Assembly: GCA_963665815.1 (NCBI GenBank)
Contig: OY762463.1
Location: 3,264,001 to 3,328,000 of the forward strand
From: Candidatus Cloacimonadales bacterium
GTDB taxonomy: Bacteria; Cloacimonadota; Cloacimonadia; Cloacimonadales; JAIOQZ01
Length of the DNA stretch: 64,000 nucleotides
Reading direction: 5' to 3'
Shown one piece after another: positions 1 through 9,700 of this stretch. Both the position numbers and the translations under genes were made by a program. A model generated the notes under the pieces. That model saw nothing but the letters and a program-made list of their open reading frames with translations, was not told where the DNA came from and did no database searches. Within the stretch, counting starts at the first letter, position 1. The number at the start of each line of letters is the position of its first letter.

Positions 1-3000
1 TTTGAAATTGGAGATGTTTTTTTTACAACTAATGCCGATATGTTGATGCATCGAAAATTCAAGAATGGAAAAGTTATCTATGGAGAAGATAAACTTGTTA
101 AAGATAACATTAAATCTGGAAACCTTTACCATATTCATGGATATAAGAAATGCAGGAAAAGCTTAGTATTCACTGTTGAACAGTATATTAATAGATATAG
201 AAAAGACTCTGAGTTCAACAACTTTCTAAGAAATGTCTTCGATAAATATACTGTATTGTTTGTAGGTTATGGTTTGAATGAAATGGAGCTTTTGGAACAC
301 GTTTTCAACAGTGATTCCTCAATGAAGGAAATTAGGCATTACATACTCAATCCTTTCTATAAACATGAGACTAATATCATTAATTACGAAAACATGTATT
401 TCTCCAAGTTAGGAATAGAATGCATTCCATATTTTTTTGATGAGCTTGGATATGGCTTTCTCAAAGATGTTGTTATGCACTGGAATCGTGTTTTGAATAT
501 TCCTGGTCGAGATTTGTATGACAAATTTACTCGTTTGAAAACAATAGTGAGTTCTCCATTTAATGAATCATTATATCTTGAGACTATAAAAATAATCAGA
601 GAAAAGTCTGTTTTAGAGATGAGATTTTTCATGTACCTTGCCGATACTCACCATGCCATTGATTGGTTTCATAGATTGAATACTGATAACTATTTTTCAA
701 TTAAAAACCTCCCCAAGCCAATATTGAATAAAAACAAACAAAACAAAACAATAAGTTGGAAATATGATGCTGTCCCATTTTCGAACTATTTACTTCGAGT
801 GGCTAAATCAGCAAATGATGATAAAAAAAAGTATATGGAAATTTCGAAAGATCTTTTGGGATTTGCAGATGATTACTGGAGCTGTAACGAAAAAACAAAA
901 TATGATAATGCGAGTTTAACAACATTTATCATTAACTTAATTATTACATTTGATTTAGATATTCTTGGTGAGAAATTTGTTGATATTCTTTTCGTAATTT
1001 TAATTAAAAATATTAATCATTATTTCTTAAAAGAACTTTTATTAGAAAACATGTTTCCTAAAATTTTTGAATCTAATAACTACAATTACATTAAGAAGAC
1101 CTTTGATTTTCTTCTATTCTACAAACGAGAAAAGAAGAAACTACTTTTTGATTATAATGCAAATAATTACTATTATGAAAACATTCCTATTAATGATGAG
1201 AGAGATTTTCATGAAATTGTGAATTTTATTAGTAGAAAAGTTGAGAATAAACATAGGATAGAATTGATAAAATTCATTTCTCATGAGATCGAAAGAAAGG
1301 TTAAAAGAGAAGAATTCAGTGTAACCTCATTTGGTAGAACTGTCGAGGAGCATGAGCAGTCTTTTTCATCACATTGTGCAGAGAGATATTACTTGATTTC
1401 GTTAAGAGAGTTAATGATAAACTGCGAAGATGATATTTTTGATATTATAAAAGATATGCTAAATAGTGTCTCTCCATTAGTTAGAATTGCTATTTACATA
1501 ATGAATAACATGTATTCAAAATATAAGGTCTTGTTCTGGGATCATAAAGAGAATTTGCTTAAAGATTATAGTAATTACCATGAATTACACGAATTATTTA
1601 GTAGCAATGTCAATTCCTTTTCGGAAGAACAATTGAAAAAAATATATAGCATGATAATTGAAAGTATAGACTGTAAAAAATACAATGATAATCATAGAGC
1701 ATACAGAATAAAGAAATGGCTTGAAGCACTGAAGAGTTCATCTAGTAAATTTATATCTGAAAGATATGAAGAAATTTGTCAAGAATATCCAGAATCTATT
1801 ATGTTTCCAGAACTAACGAGTTGGGTTATGGATGCTGAGGATTACAAAAGTGAAGATATTTATTTAACACTAAGTGATTTACCATTTAATGAAAAAATTT
1901 CACAATATATGAATCACTATTCTAAAAATCAGAATGATGATTATGAAAACTGGGATTTGAAGGTAACATTCAGAAGGGAAATTAGTAATAATCTTGATGA
2001 ATACGTAAGTAAAATAAAAGAGTTAGAGATATTACCTCCAGATTTATTTAGAATATTTATTGAGGAATTGGGAACTAATTATGACACATTAAATTCACAG
2101 TATAAAGAAAACTGTCTTCATTATATTAACGAAATAATTGAGAAAATCTATGACAGTGAGTTTATCAACTCTTACCATGTAAATGCAATATGTAATTTTC
2201 TGGGTAAAATTATTCAAGATGATTACGTTTTTGCAGAAGAGAAAACTCGAAATCAAGTTAGAGCAACCATTAACAATTTCCATGATAAACTTTTAATTCT
2301 AAATATGCTTGAAGAAAAATATGAGTTTTATGGTGGAAACAATCTTACATCTATTCTTGAGGTAAAACTAAATTTTAGTCTCAAAATGAAGCACAAGCAT
2401 TCAACGATTGAAGAAGAAATGATTGAGGAATTTGAACTCGGATTGCATAGTGATAAATTGGAATACAAGTATTTCATATCTAGGCATTTTAGAAATTTCC
2501 AATATATTGATGACCAGTGGATTTACAGTAAATTAGATAGGATATTCTCCTTCAATAATGAAAATGATTTAAAAAATACAATATGTAATTATATTCAAGA
2601 AAGTTATGTGCTAGATGAGAAAGTTTTCAAGTATTTCAAAGACAAAAACCTATTAGAGGAGTTTATTCTATTATACGACAATAATGATAGATTGGGTAAT
2701 GTAACCAAGAACCTTGGTTTTCTAATATTTTTCCACTATTATAAAGGCATAATTGAAGAAGTTTATCTGAAATCTTTGATAAAATCAATGATTAGCCATC
2801 CTAATAATGTTTTGAGGGGATTTATAGAAGCTGGAGTTAGTAAACAAGTTACACTGGAGCTGGATGAAAATAAACTAAAGACAATCTACATAGATACATG
2901 TGAGCAAATTAATATAGTTATTGAAAATATTGATATCATTAGGCATATAGATAATTTAATCTGTTGGATTGGTAATTTCGAAAAGTTAGATGAAGATATA

Positions 3001-3291
3001 TTTAGATCGACAAGTTACTTAATCAATCATTTTGAACTTAGATATTCTTATAAAGTATTTGAAGTGTTTTTCAAATTGTTTGATAAAAATCGAGAATACA
3101 CTTTTCTCTTAGTGAAAAGTTTCATTACAAAAAACTGTGATACTTTAGTTTCTAGTAAAAAAATTGAATTTTTAGTAAAAATGTATGAGTCAGGATATAC
3201 GGAAATGGCAAATGAATTATGGGAGTTATTAACTCTCAAAGGGCACATGATAGATCATGTGTTTGAAGAGAACAATGATTTAGCTAATTAA
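1..3291 (+). CDS. SIR2-like (SIR2_2) domain protein with long helical C-terminus, putative anti-phage NADase (5' truncated by window edge)
   Basis: Frame is open from base 1 (FEIGDVFFTTNAD-M...). SIR2 motifs TTNxD, LYHIHG, VFTxxQY and LFVGYG are present. Very AT-rich, >1090 aa. Confidence 0.8.
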   Translation, partial: FEIGDVFFTTNADMLMHRKFKNGKVIYGEDKLVKDNIKSGNLYHIHGYKKCRKSLVFTVEQYINRYRKDSEFNNFLRNVFDKYTVLFVGYGLNEMELLEHVFNSDSSMKEIRHYILNPFYKHETNIINYENMYFSKLGIECIPYFFDELGYGFLKDVVMHWNRVLNIPGRDLYDKFTRLKTIVSSPFNESLYLETIKIIREKSVLEMRFFMYLADTHHAIDWFHRLNTDNYFSIKNLPKPILNKNKQNKTISWKYDAVPFSNYLLRVAKSANDDKKKYMEISKDLLGFADDYWSCNEKTKYDNASLTTFIINLIITFDLDILGEKFVDILFVILIKNINHYFLKELLLENMFPKIFESNNYNYIKKTFDFLLFYKREKKKLLFDYNANNYYYENIPINDERDFHEIVNFISRKVENKHRIELIKFISHEIERKVKREEFSVTSFGRTVEEHEQSFSSHCAERYYLISLRELMINCEDDIFDIIKDMLNSVSPLVRIAIYIMNNMYSKYKVLFWDHKENLLKDYSNYHELHELFSSNVNSFSEEQLKKIYSMIIESIDCKKYNDNHRAYRIKKWLEALKSSSSKFISERYEEICQEYPESIMFPELTSWVMDAEDYKSEDIYLTLSDLPFNEKISQYMNHYSKNQNDDYENWDLKVTFRREISNNLDEYVSKIKELEILPPDLFRIFIEELGTNYDTLNSQYKENCLHYINEIIEKIYDSEFINSYHVNAICNFLGKIIQDDYVFAEEKTRNQVRATINNFHDKLLILNMLEEKYEFYGGNNLTSILEVKLNFSLKMKHKHSTIEEEMIEEFELGLHSDKLEYKYFISRHFRNFQYIDDQWIYSKLDRIFSFNNENDLKNTICNYIQESYVLDEKVFKYFKDKNLLEEFILLYDNNDRLGNVTKNLGFLIFFHYYKGIIEEVYLKSLIKSMISHPNNVLRGFIEAGVSKQVTLELDENKLKTIYIDTCEQINIVIENIDIIRHIDNLICWIGNFEKLDEDIFRSTSYLINHFELRYSYKVFEVFFKLFDKNREYTFLLVKSFITKNCDTLVSSKKIEFLVKMYESGYTEMANELWELLTLKGHMIDHVFEENNDLAN

Positions 3292-3330
3292 TTCTATCCC
3301 CCCAATTTTCTCCTTGACACAAAATATCTA

Positions 3331-3348
3331 TTTGGCAATTTTGCCAAA
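3331..3348. promoter_or_regulatory. Putative ArsR/SmtB operator (TTTGGCAA-TT-TTGCCAAA) downstream of TTGACA
   Basis: Palindrome 13 nt before the arsR start; TTGACA at 3314-3319; a second copy lies at 3766-3781. Confidence 0.65.
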
Positions 3349-3361
3349 AAGGAATTAAGTT

Positions 3362-3682
3362 ATGAGTAAATTCGATAAAGTTAAATATGACGAAATGGCT
3401 AAGATTATTAAGTCTATGGCGCATCCGACCAGGTTGTTCATTGTGGATGAACTCAGTAAGCAGGATCACTGTGTGTGCGAGCTTACCGAAATGATCGGTG
3501 CAGACACATCTACCGTATCCAAGCATCTCGCTGTTCTCAAGAACTCCGGTATTGTGCAGGACAGGAAAGAAGGCAACAACGTTTACTACTCCCTCAGATG
3601 CTCCTGCGTGCTGTCGTTCTACCAGTGTGTCAGAGATGTCATCAGCCATAACGTGGAAGATCAGCTTAAACTGCTGAAATAA
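3362..3682 (+). CDS. ArsR/SmtB family metalloregulator
   Basis: KSMAHPTRL, CVCEL, STVSKHLAVLK and VYYSL motifs. Confidence 0.92.
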   Translation: MSKFDKVKYDEMAKIIKSMAHPTRLFIVDELSKQDHCVCELTEMIGADTSTVSKHLAVLKNSGIVQDRKEGNNVYYSLRCSCVLSFYQCVRDVISHNVEDQLKLLK

Positions 3683-3765
3683 ATAAATAGGTCTTTATAA
3701 AAAATTAACAGAGTATAATAGTAATTCAACAGATGAGGAAACTCATCATTTTTTAGTAACAGTAC

Positions 3766-3781
3766 TTGGCATAATTGCCAA
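3766..3781. promoter_or_regulatory. Second putative ArsR operator (TTGGCATAATTGCCAA)
   Basis: Near-identical to the palindrome at 3331-3348; lies upstream of the permease. Confidence 0.55.
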
Positions 3782-3840
3782 ACAGCCACATATTAAGGGC
3801 TTCATTCAGTTACTGCTTGAGACGTTGATTCTTTTAAGAT

Positions 3841-3923
3841 TCGGTGAACTTCATGATTCATCGAAAATATAATCAAGCTCTAACAATAGTACATAGCTCA
3901 ATGAATTATGAAGTTCATCAACT
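3841..3923. repeat. Inverted pair of REP-like palindromes (TTGATGAA..TTCATC family)
   Basis: 3841-3864 and 3898-3923 are imperfect inverted copies of each other; related copies lie at 10615-10641 and 58370-58397. Confidence 0.5.
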
Positions 3924-3964
3924 GATCTGGTTTGATGAAGTCCTTGATATAAAAAGAGGTTAAA

Positions 3965-4930
3965 ATGTTTAAATATCTCGATCTCGGTGTCAGAAAATTA
4001 GTCGAAAATGTGTTTAACGTGTCAATGGAAACGCATCTCGGGGAAAGTATCCACTTCTTCATATATGATGTGGTTAAAATACTCGTCCTGCTTTCGGTTA
4101 TGATATTCATTATATCTTACCTGAGAAGTTTCTTTCAGCCGGAGCGTACAAAAAAGATTCTTACCCACTTTTCAGGCATAAAAGGCAATATTATTGCTTC
4201 ACTGCTGGGGATTGTTACTCCGTTCTGTTCCTGTTCATCCGTACCGCTTTTCATAGCTTTTGTGGAAGCAGGAATCCCTGTTGGTGTTACCTTTTCCTTC
4301 CTGATCACATCGCCTATTGTTAACGAAGCAGCGTTTATCATACTGCTGGGGACTTTCGGCTGGAAGATAGCTGTGATCTACGTTTTCCTCGGTGTAGTAA
4401 TCGGGGTTATAGGTGGCATCATCATCGGCAGCCTTAAGCCGGAACGATATGTCGAAGAATATGTCTTCAAGCTCAAAGCAGGGAATCTGGGCGATATTCA
4501 ACAGACCTTCCGTGATCGTATAGATTTTGCTTTTGAGCAGGTAAAAGAGATTCTGCAGAGAATCTGGCTGTTCCTGCTAATAGGAATCGGACTGGGTGCA
4601 GCAATTCACGGTTGGGCACCGGCTGACCTGCTTGCTAAGTATGCCGGACCGAACAACCCTATTGCCGTTCTGGTTGGTGTAGTAATTGGTATTCCGTTAT
4701 ACTCTAATGCTCTGGGAACCATTCCTATTGCCGAAGCCCTGATTGGTAAAGGTGTCGGACTGGGAACAGCATTGTCATTCATGATGGCTGTAACAGCGCT
4801 TTCTCTGCCTGAGCTGATTATTCTGAGAAAGGTTGTCAAACCAAGACTGCTCATTTACTTTGTAGCAATAACCGGAGCAGGAATAATTGTTGTTGGATAT
4901 ATATTTAACATGATTTATCATTTAATATAA
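3965..4930 (+). CDS. arsP: ArsP/DUF318 family permease
   Basis: TPFCSCSSVP motif, multiple TM segments, LSLPELI motif, downstream of arsR. Confidence 0.85.
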   Translation: MFKYLDLGVRKLVENVFNVSMETHLGESIHFFIYDVVKILVLLSVMIFIISYLRSFFQPERTKKILTHFSGIKGNIIASLLGIVTPFCSCSSVPLFIAFVEAGIPVGVTFSFLITSPIVNEAAFIILLGTFGWKIAVIYVFLGVVIGVIGGIIIGSLKPERYVEEYVFKLKAGNLGDIQQTFRDRIDFAFEQVKEILQRIWLFLLIGIGLGAAIHGWAPADLLAKYAGPNNPIAVLVGVVIGIPLYSNALGTIPIAEALIGKGVGLGTALSFMMAVTALSLPELIILRKVVKPRLLIYFVAITGAGIIVVGYIFNMIYHLI

Positions 4931-4954
4931 CAATATAAATACAAGGAGATTACT

Positions 4955-5278
4955 ATGAGAATGTTAGCTGAATTCTTCCCTGAATTTGCAGAAAAACTTG
5001 ATGAAATGGATAAACTTTACGAAGAAAAGAGAACTATCGACGAGAAAACTTACCAGTTTATCTGTCTGGCACTGTCAATTAAAGGCAGATCCAAACCTTG
5101 CGTACTCAAGCACTTTAAAGGAGCTCTGGAAGCAGGAGCAACCGTTAAAGAGCTGTCATATATTCTGGCACTTACTATGCGTGAAGCTGCCGGAGCAGAC
5201 GACTGCTGGACACACGATGTAATCGGTGAATGGAAAGATATCCTTGCCGGAAACGTCTCCTGCGACTGCCAGAAATAG
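4955..5278 (+). CDS. Carboxymuconolactone decarboxylase/AhpD-like protein
   Basis: IDEKTYQFICLALS...CVLKHFKGALEAGATVKEL pattern; AGGAG RBS. Confidence 0.75.
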   Translation: MRMLAEFFPEFAEKLDEMDKLYEEKRTIDEKTYQFICLALSIKGRSKPCVLKHFKGALEAGATVKELSYILALTMREAAGADDCWTHDVIGEWKDILAGNVSCDCQK

Positions 5279-5291
5279 TAACTGCTTTAAT

Positions 5292-5328
5292 CACCTTCGG
5301 AATGGTCGTAAGGACCTTCCGAATGGTG
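5292..5328. repeat. Palindromic hairpin between convergent genes (REP-like, may act as terminator)
   Basis: CACCTTCGGAATGGTC-GTAAG-GACCTTCCGAATGGTG; a similar unit lies at 63729-63766. Confidence 0.45.
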
Positions 5329-5450
5329 TTGTTTACTTTTTAAGATTGGAGTTTGCTGTATTGCTTTCTTTAGAATGGTAGAGTAAGTTTCTGAAGGATA
5401 TTACAATGTCTTGTTTTCAGATAATTCCAAGTTTCACTTTGTGTATTTTC

Positions 5451-6530
5451 TCACCTGTAAACATAAAAAACATAAATCTGCTGCATGCCTTCTTTAACCA
5501 TTTCTGCAATGGTTTTCTTACCGATTTTCCTGTCAGGCGTAAGGTCATGATCAATCTGGTACTTGTACAATGCAGAATCAAGCTTTGTATCAAAAGTATC
5601 GTTTATTTCCCCGGCAAAGTAACCTGTTGCCTCTAAATGCTTTTTAACAATACTAATGTTTTCAGCTCTGTCCTTCAGATTGTAAAAGTCCGTATATGAA
5701 TCAACATAAAACGGCATTTTTCGCTGTTCAAACAAGTTATATCCGTATTCCAGATTTTCCCAGAAACTCAGCAGATAGTCCTGTTCAAGTTTATCTGAGT
5801 GCATATACTGCTCAGCTAATTTTCTGCGTTCTTCGCTATCTGTATTCTCGAACCTGAATGGGAACATATGATACTGGATTCTCCTGTATTTCTTTCTGTT
5901 GTGATGTCTGGAAAAAGCATAAACCGGCAAAAAGTTCATGTTCTCAAATGAAATACAACCGGATGAGATACAGTTTCCGTGGATACATATTCCACTGCCT
6001 GTTTTATTTTGGTATCCGGCAAGTCTACTGTTTCTATGATCAACATAGTTGGGATAGTTAAGACAGACTCTGAAACCGTCTCCCTTTTTTACTCTTCCTT
6101 TTGCTTCAATGTCTTCCAGATCCATCCACATAAACCAGAGCTTACTATGATAAGCAAAGTTACCAACATAGAAACCTTCCGGAGTTTTATCATCACCTCT
6201 TTTCAGTTTTGGTCCCGACTCAAAATCCATAGCACATATGGGAAGAGTCATGATGAGACTGAGAGAGTCCTGGTTTCCTGATTTAGCCCAGATTTCGCAT
6301 TCCTTTTCCTGCTTGAATACACGAATTACTGCACAATCCGGGGGATAATCAAAATCCGAGAGTTCGATTTGAAATTCTTCTCGAACAACCTTGTCAATTC
6401 TGGTCAGCAGATCTTCGGGATCTGTTTTCCCCGGTGAGAGATAATAACCGCTCATCAGAACAATGATTACAGATATTAAGATTAAAATTACAAATAAAGT
6501 TTTCTGGTTTCTCAAGTTCACTTCCTTCAT
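5451..6530 (-). CDS. L,D-transpeptidase (YkuD, YafK/DpaA-like) family protein with C-terminal peptidoglycan-binding domain
   Basis: GPKLKRGDDKTPEGFY, LNYPN and IHGNCISSGC catalytic motifs; C-terminal ALYKYQIDHDLTPD PG-binding pattern; N-terminal TM segment. Confidence 0.8.
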   Translation of the reverse strand: MKEVNLRNQKTLFVILILISVIIVLMSGYYLSPGKTDPEDLLTRIDKVVREEFQIELSDFDYPPDCAVIRVFKQEKECEIWAKSGNQDSLSLIMTLPICAMDFESGPKLKRGDDKTPEGFYVGNFAYHSKLWFMWMDLEDIEAKGRVKKGDGFRVCLNYPNYVDHRNSRLAGYQNKTGSGICIHGNCISSGCISFENMNFLPVYAFSRHHNRKKYRRIQYHMFPFRFENTDSEERRKLAEQYMHSDKLEQDYLLSFWENLEYGYNLFEQRKMPFYVDSYTDFYNLKDRAENISIVKKHLEATGYFAGEINDTFDTKLDSALYKYQIDHDLTPDRKIGKKTIAEMVKEGMQQIYVFYVYR

Positions 6531-6692
6531 ATGAGAGCTTTAAACTGAAAGAAAACAACAGCACGGTGTATGCAGTTGTTTCATTTATACAAAGATATTG
6601 TCACAGAATACGTTAGAAATTAATATCAGATGCTTTGAGAATTCACTTGACTAATCCTTTCATATCAAAGCTTATCAATCTGAGGATTCATT

Positions 6693-7871
6693 ATGGCAGT
6701 AAAAAGAAAAAAACGTAAAGCAAAAAAACAGAAAGGTTCTTTCGGGAAGTTTTTCATTCTTGTTATGGTACTGGTAGTTATCAGTCTGGCAATATACTAT
6801 TTAGCCAGTGATTTGAAAATACCGGTTCAGATTAAAGATATTATCTCGAAAAAAACAGATAAACCTGTTGTACCGGAAGAAATAACTGTAACAGACTCAA
6901 TAATAGCGGCAGCAATGAAGTTCAATATTACCAGAAAACAGATCAGTGTGAAAGAGGGAGAAAGCGAAACAAACATCCGAATCCCAGTTAACCGTGAGCT
7001 GTACGACCTCTATATTGTAAACATGGTTGTTACGGGTAGTGCCGAACTTGCCGGTGGAGTTTTAGTCTCCGGTGAAGAGAACAAGAATGCGACATCTCAA
7101 AATCTTGTATTTGAAGACAAAGAAAAGCATAAATATAATGTTAAGCTCTACTATTCCAGAAGAGTGTCCAAAAAGCCAAGCAAACAGCTTGCAATTATTG
7201 TGGATGACTTCGGAACGTACAGCAGTAAACTTATAGATAGATTTGCCGAGGATACTGATCCTGCCGTTACCTTTGCCATTATCCCCGGAGAAAGAACTTC
7301 CGACTATGCAATGGAAAAGGGAAGTAATACGGGTCATGAGTTAATGATACACATGCCAATGGAACCAAAGTCTTACCCCAGAGATGATCCCGGAAAGAAT
7401 GCCATATTTGTGGATCAGACACCAAAACAGATAAAGAGGATTGTCGGAAAATACATTAAGGAATTGCCTTTATGTAAAGGGGCAAACAACCACATGGGTA
7501 GTTTGGCAACATCTGATGAGGATGTGATGAATGCAGTGCTGGAAGTGCTGAAAGAAAATGGAATGTACTTTGTGGATAGTCGTACAGCAGCCTCTTCGGT
7601 AGGATATGATATAGCTCAGAAAATGCTGGTACCTTCTAAGAAAAGAGATATTTTCCTGGATGTACCTGATACAAGTGATGAATCTTTTGAGGCCAGACTG
7701 GCAGACATAAAAAAGCTGTTTAAACACAGAAGACAGGTTGTAGTAATTACTCACTGTAAAGATGAGAAAAGACTTAAACATATAAACAGATTAATTGATT
7801 ACGCAAATAGTAACAATATAGATGTTGTACCAGTTTCTGAACTCTTTAAAAATGATGTACCGGATGTGTAA
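6693..7871 (+). CDS. Divergent polysaccharide deacetylase family protein (YibQ-like)
   Basis: AIIVDDFG, LMIHMPMEP, NNHMGS, FVDSRT and RDIFLD motifs. Confidence 0.88.
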   Translation: MAVKRKKRKAKKQKGSFGKFFILVMVLVVISLAIYYLASDLKIPVQIKDIISKKTDKPVVPEEITVTDSIIAAAMKFNITRKQISVKEGESETNIRIPVNRELYDLYIVNMVVTGSAELAGGVLVSGEENKNATSQNLVFEDKEKHKYNVKLYYSRRVSKKPSKQLAIIVDDFGTYSSKLIDRFAEDTDPAVTFAIIPGERTSDYAMEKGSNTGHELMIHMPMEPKSYPRDDPGKNAIFVDQTPKQIKRIVGKYIKELPLCKGANNHMGSLATSDEDVMNAVLEVLKENGMYFVDSRTAASSVGYDIAQKMLVPSKKRDIFLDVPDTSDESFEARLADIKKLFKHRRQVVVITHCKDEKRLKHINRLIDYANSNNIDVVPVSELFKNDVPDV

Positions 7872-7874
7872 AAT

Positions 7875-8675
7875 ATGTTATTAAAAGCAATTATACTTGG
7901 AATTATTCAGGGATTATCTGAATTTCTGCCTATCAGCAGCTCTGGTCACCTTGCCATTGCAGAGCATTTTCTCGGATTCAAAAACCCTGACCTCAGTTTT
8001 GAGATTTTCATTCATTTCGGATCTCTCATTGCTGTGTTTATCTACTTCAGAAAAGACATTCTTGCTCTGCTGAAATCCCTTAATTTCGGATCGAAAACCG
8101 AAGAAAACGTAAACAACAGAAAAGTTATTCTGTATCTGCTTGTTTCTACTATTGTCACAGTTTTTCTTGCACTGTTCATGAAATCTTATATAGAAAAGGT
8201 TTTTGAGTCAACTCTCGTTGTTGGCTTTATACTGATTGTGAATGGTTTCATTCTGTTATCATCTGACTTCGCAAAAAAATGCGATAAACCATCTTCTGAG
8301 ACAGGAATTCTCAGAGCTGCAATCATTGGTATAGGACAGTCTCTGGCATTGTTACCGGGCATTTCACGTTCAGGGACAACAATTTCCACAGCACTTCACA
8401 CCGGAATGAAAAGAGAAGATGCTGCCCGTTATTCCTTCCTGCTGGCAATCCCGGCAATTCTTGGAGCAACAGTACTTGAGTATAAAACACTCCTCAGTCT
8501 CAACCAAGAGATGATGATTATGTATCTCGCTGGAGCAATAGCTGCATTCGTATCCGGATATCTCGTTATCAGTGCTTTACTGGCAGTAATAAAGAAGAGA
8601 AAACTGATCTACTTTGCGATCTACTGCTGGATAGTTGCAATCACTGTAATAGTGCTTCAACTTATGGTAATATAA
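7875..8675 (+). CDS. uppP: Undecaprenyl-diphosphate phosphatase
   Basis: QGLSEFLPISSSGHL and PGISRSGTT motifs. Confidence 0.95.
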   Translation: MLLKAIILGIIQGLSEFLPISSSGHLAIAEHFLGFKNPDLSFEIFIHFGSLIAVFIYFRKDILALLKSLNFGSKTEENVNNRKVILYLLVSTIVTVFLALFMKSYIEKVFESTLVVGFILIVNGFILLSSDFAKKCDKPSSETGILRAAIIGIGQSLALLPGISRSGTTISTALHTGMKREDAARYSFLLAIPAILGATVLEYKTLLSLNQEMMIMYLAGAIAAFVSGYLVISALLAVIKKRKLIYFAIYCWIVAITVIVLQLMVI

Positions 8676-8676
8676 G

Positions 8677-9690
8677 ATGGCTAAAACCCTGCAGTCATAT
8701 GAATTTTTTTCTAAGTTCGACAAACTTAAAGAAAGCAATGTCTATCTTATTTATGGAGTTGATCATTACTCCATAGACAAAATTATTGCCTTATTGATAA
8801 AGCAATATGTGCGGGATGATGCCAGATCATTTGATTTTGACACTCTTTATGGAGATGACACAAAAGCAGAGAATATACTCCAGGTAATGGATATGCTGCC
8901 GTTTATATCTGCCAGACGAGTCGTAATTATAAAAAGCTTCGACAAACTCAGTGCAGCGGACCTCAAGAAAACAGCAGATTATTTTGCTAACCCAGCCCCT
9001 GACACCATTGCAATTCTGACAGCAGAGAAGATAGATAAACGTCAGAAGGTTTTCAAGAACATTGCTGATAAAGGAATTGTTGTAGAGTGTAAGCAACCTT
9101 ACAGTACGGCTAATATTTCGGGCTGGCTGAAAAACGAGTTACGTGTGAAAAATGCCAGAATGGATGCAAGTGCAATCAATGCTTTCTTAAACAGTATAGA
9201 ACTTAACTATCAGGTTGCATCAAATGAACTGGAGAAGATTATACTGCTTTCGGGAGATGCAAAGGTTATCAACAGAGAGACGGTTATTCAGTCATTATCA
9301 GGAACCAGAAACAACACTGTATACGATTTGCAGAAGACACTCGGAATGAGAGACCTGAGAGCATCGCTTAAAATCGCCGATAATCTTGATAACAACGATG
9401 AAAGCTATGTGTTTCTTATCAGCGTTATGACAAATCTGTTTATGACTCTCTGGAAAATGAAAGCCCTGAAAAAGAAAAACATCAGTAATGATGAGATTTC
9501 AAAACGATATATGGAAGAGATTTTCCCTTTCTTCAGAAAAGACTATTTTAACTATGTGAACAAATATAAAATGGATGAACTTGATAATATTTTCAGAATT
9601 CTTCACGATGCTGACAGTGACTTTAAGCTGCAGGATCCTGGAGTTCATTCTGTGATTTTTACCAAAGTAATCTTTGAGATATGCAGATAA
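8677..9690 (+). CDS. holA: DNA polymerase III delta subunit
   Basis: VYLIYG, LPFISARRVVIIK and NELEKI motifs; length is typical. Confidence 0.85.
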   Translation: MAKTLQSYEFFSKFDKLKESNVYLIYGVDHYSIDKIIALLIKQYVRDDARSFDFDTLYGDDTKAENILQVMDMLPFISARRVVIIKSFDKLSAADLKKTADYFANPAPDTIAILTAEKIDKRQKVFKNIADKGIVVECKQPYSTANISGWLKNELRVKNARMDASAINAFLNSIELNYQVASNELEKIILLSGDAKVINRETVIQSLSGTRNNTVYDLQKTLGMRDLRASLKIADNLDNNDESYVFLISVMTNLFMTLWKMKALKKKNISNDEISKRYMEEIFPFFRKDYFNYVNKYKMDELDNIFRILHDADSDFKLQDPGVHSVIFTKVIFEICR

Positions 9691-9700
9691 AGGAGCAGTT

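Noticed and set aside
4955..5278. Selenocysteine or stop-codon recoding in the CMD protein or elsewhere
   Set aside because: The Cys positions are TGC/TGT, and conserved genes are full length under the standard bacterial code.
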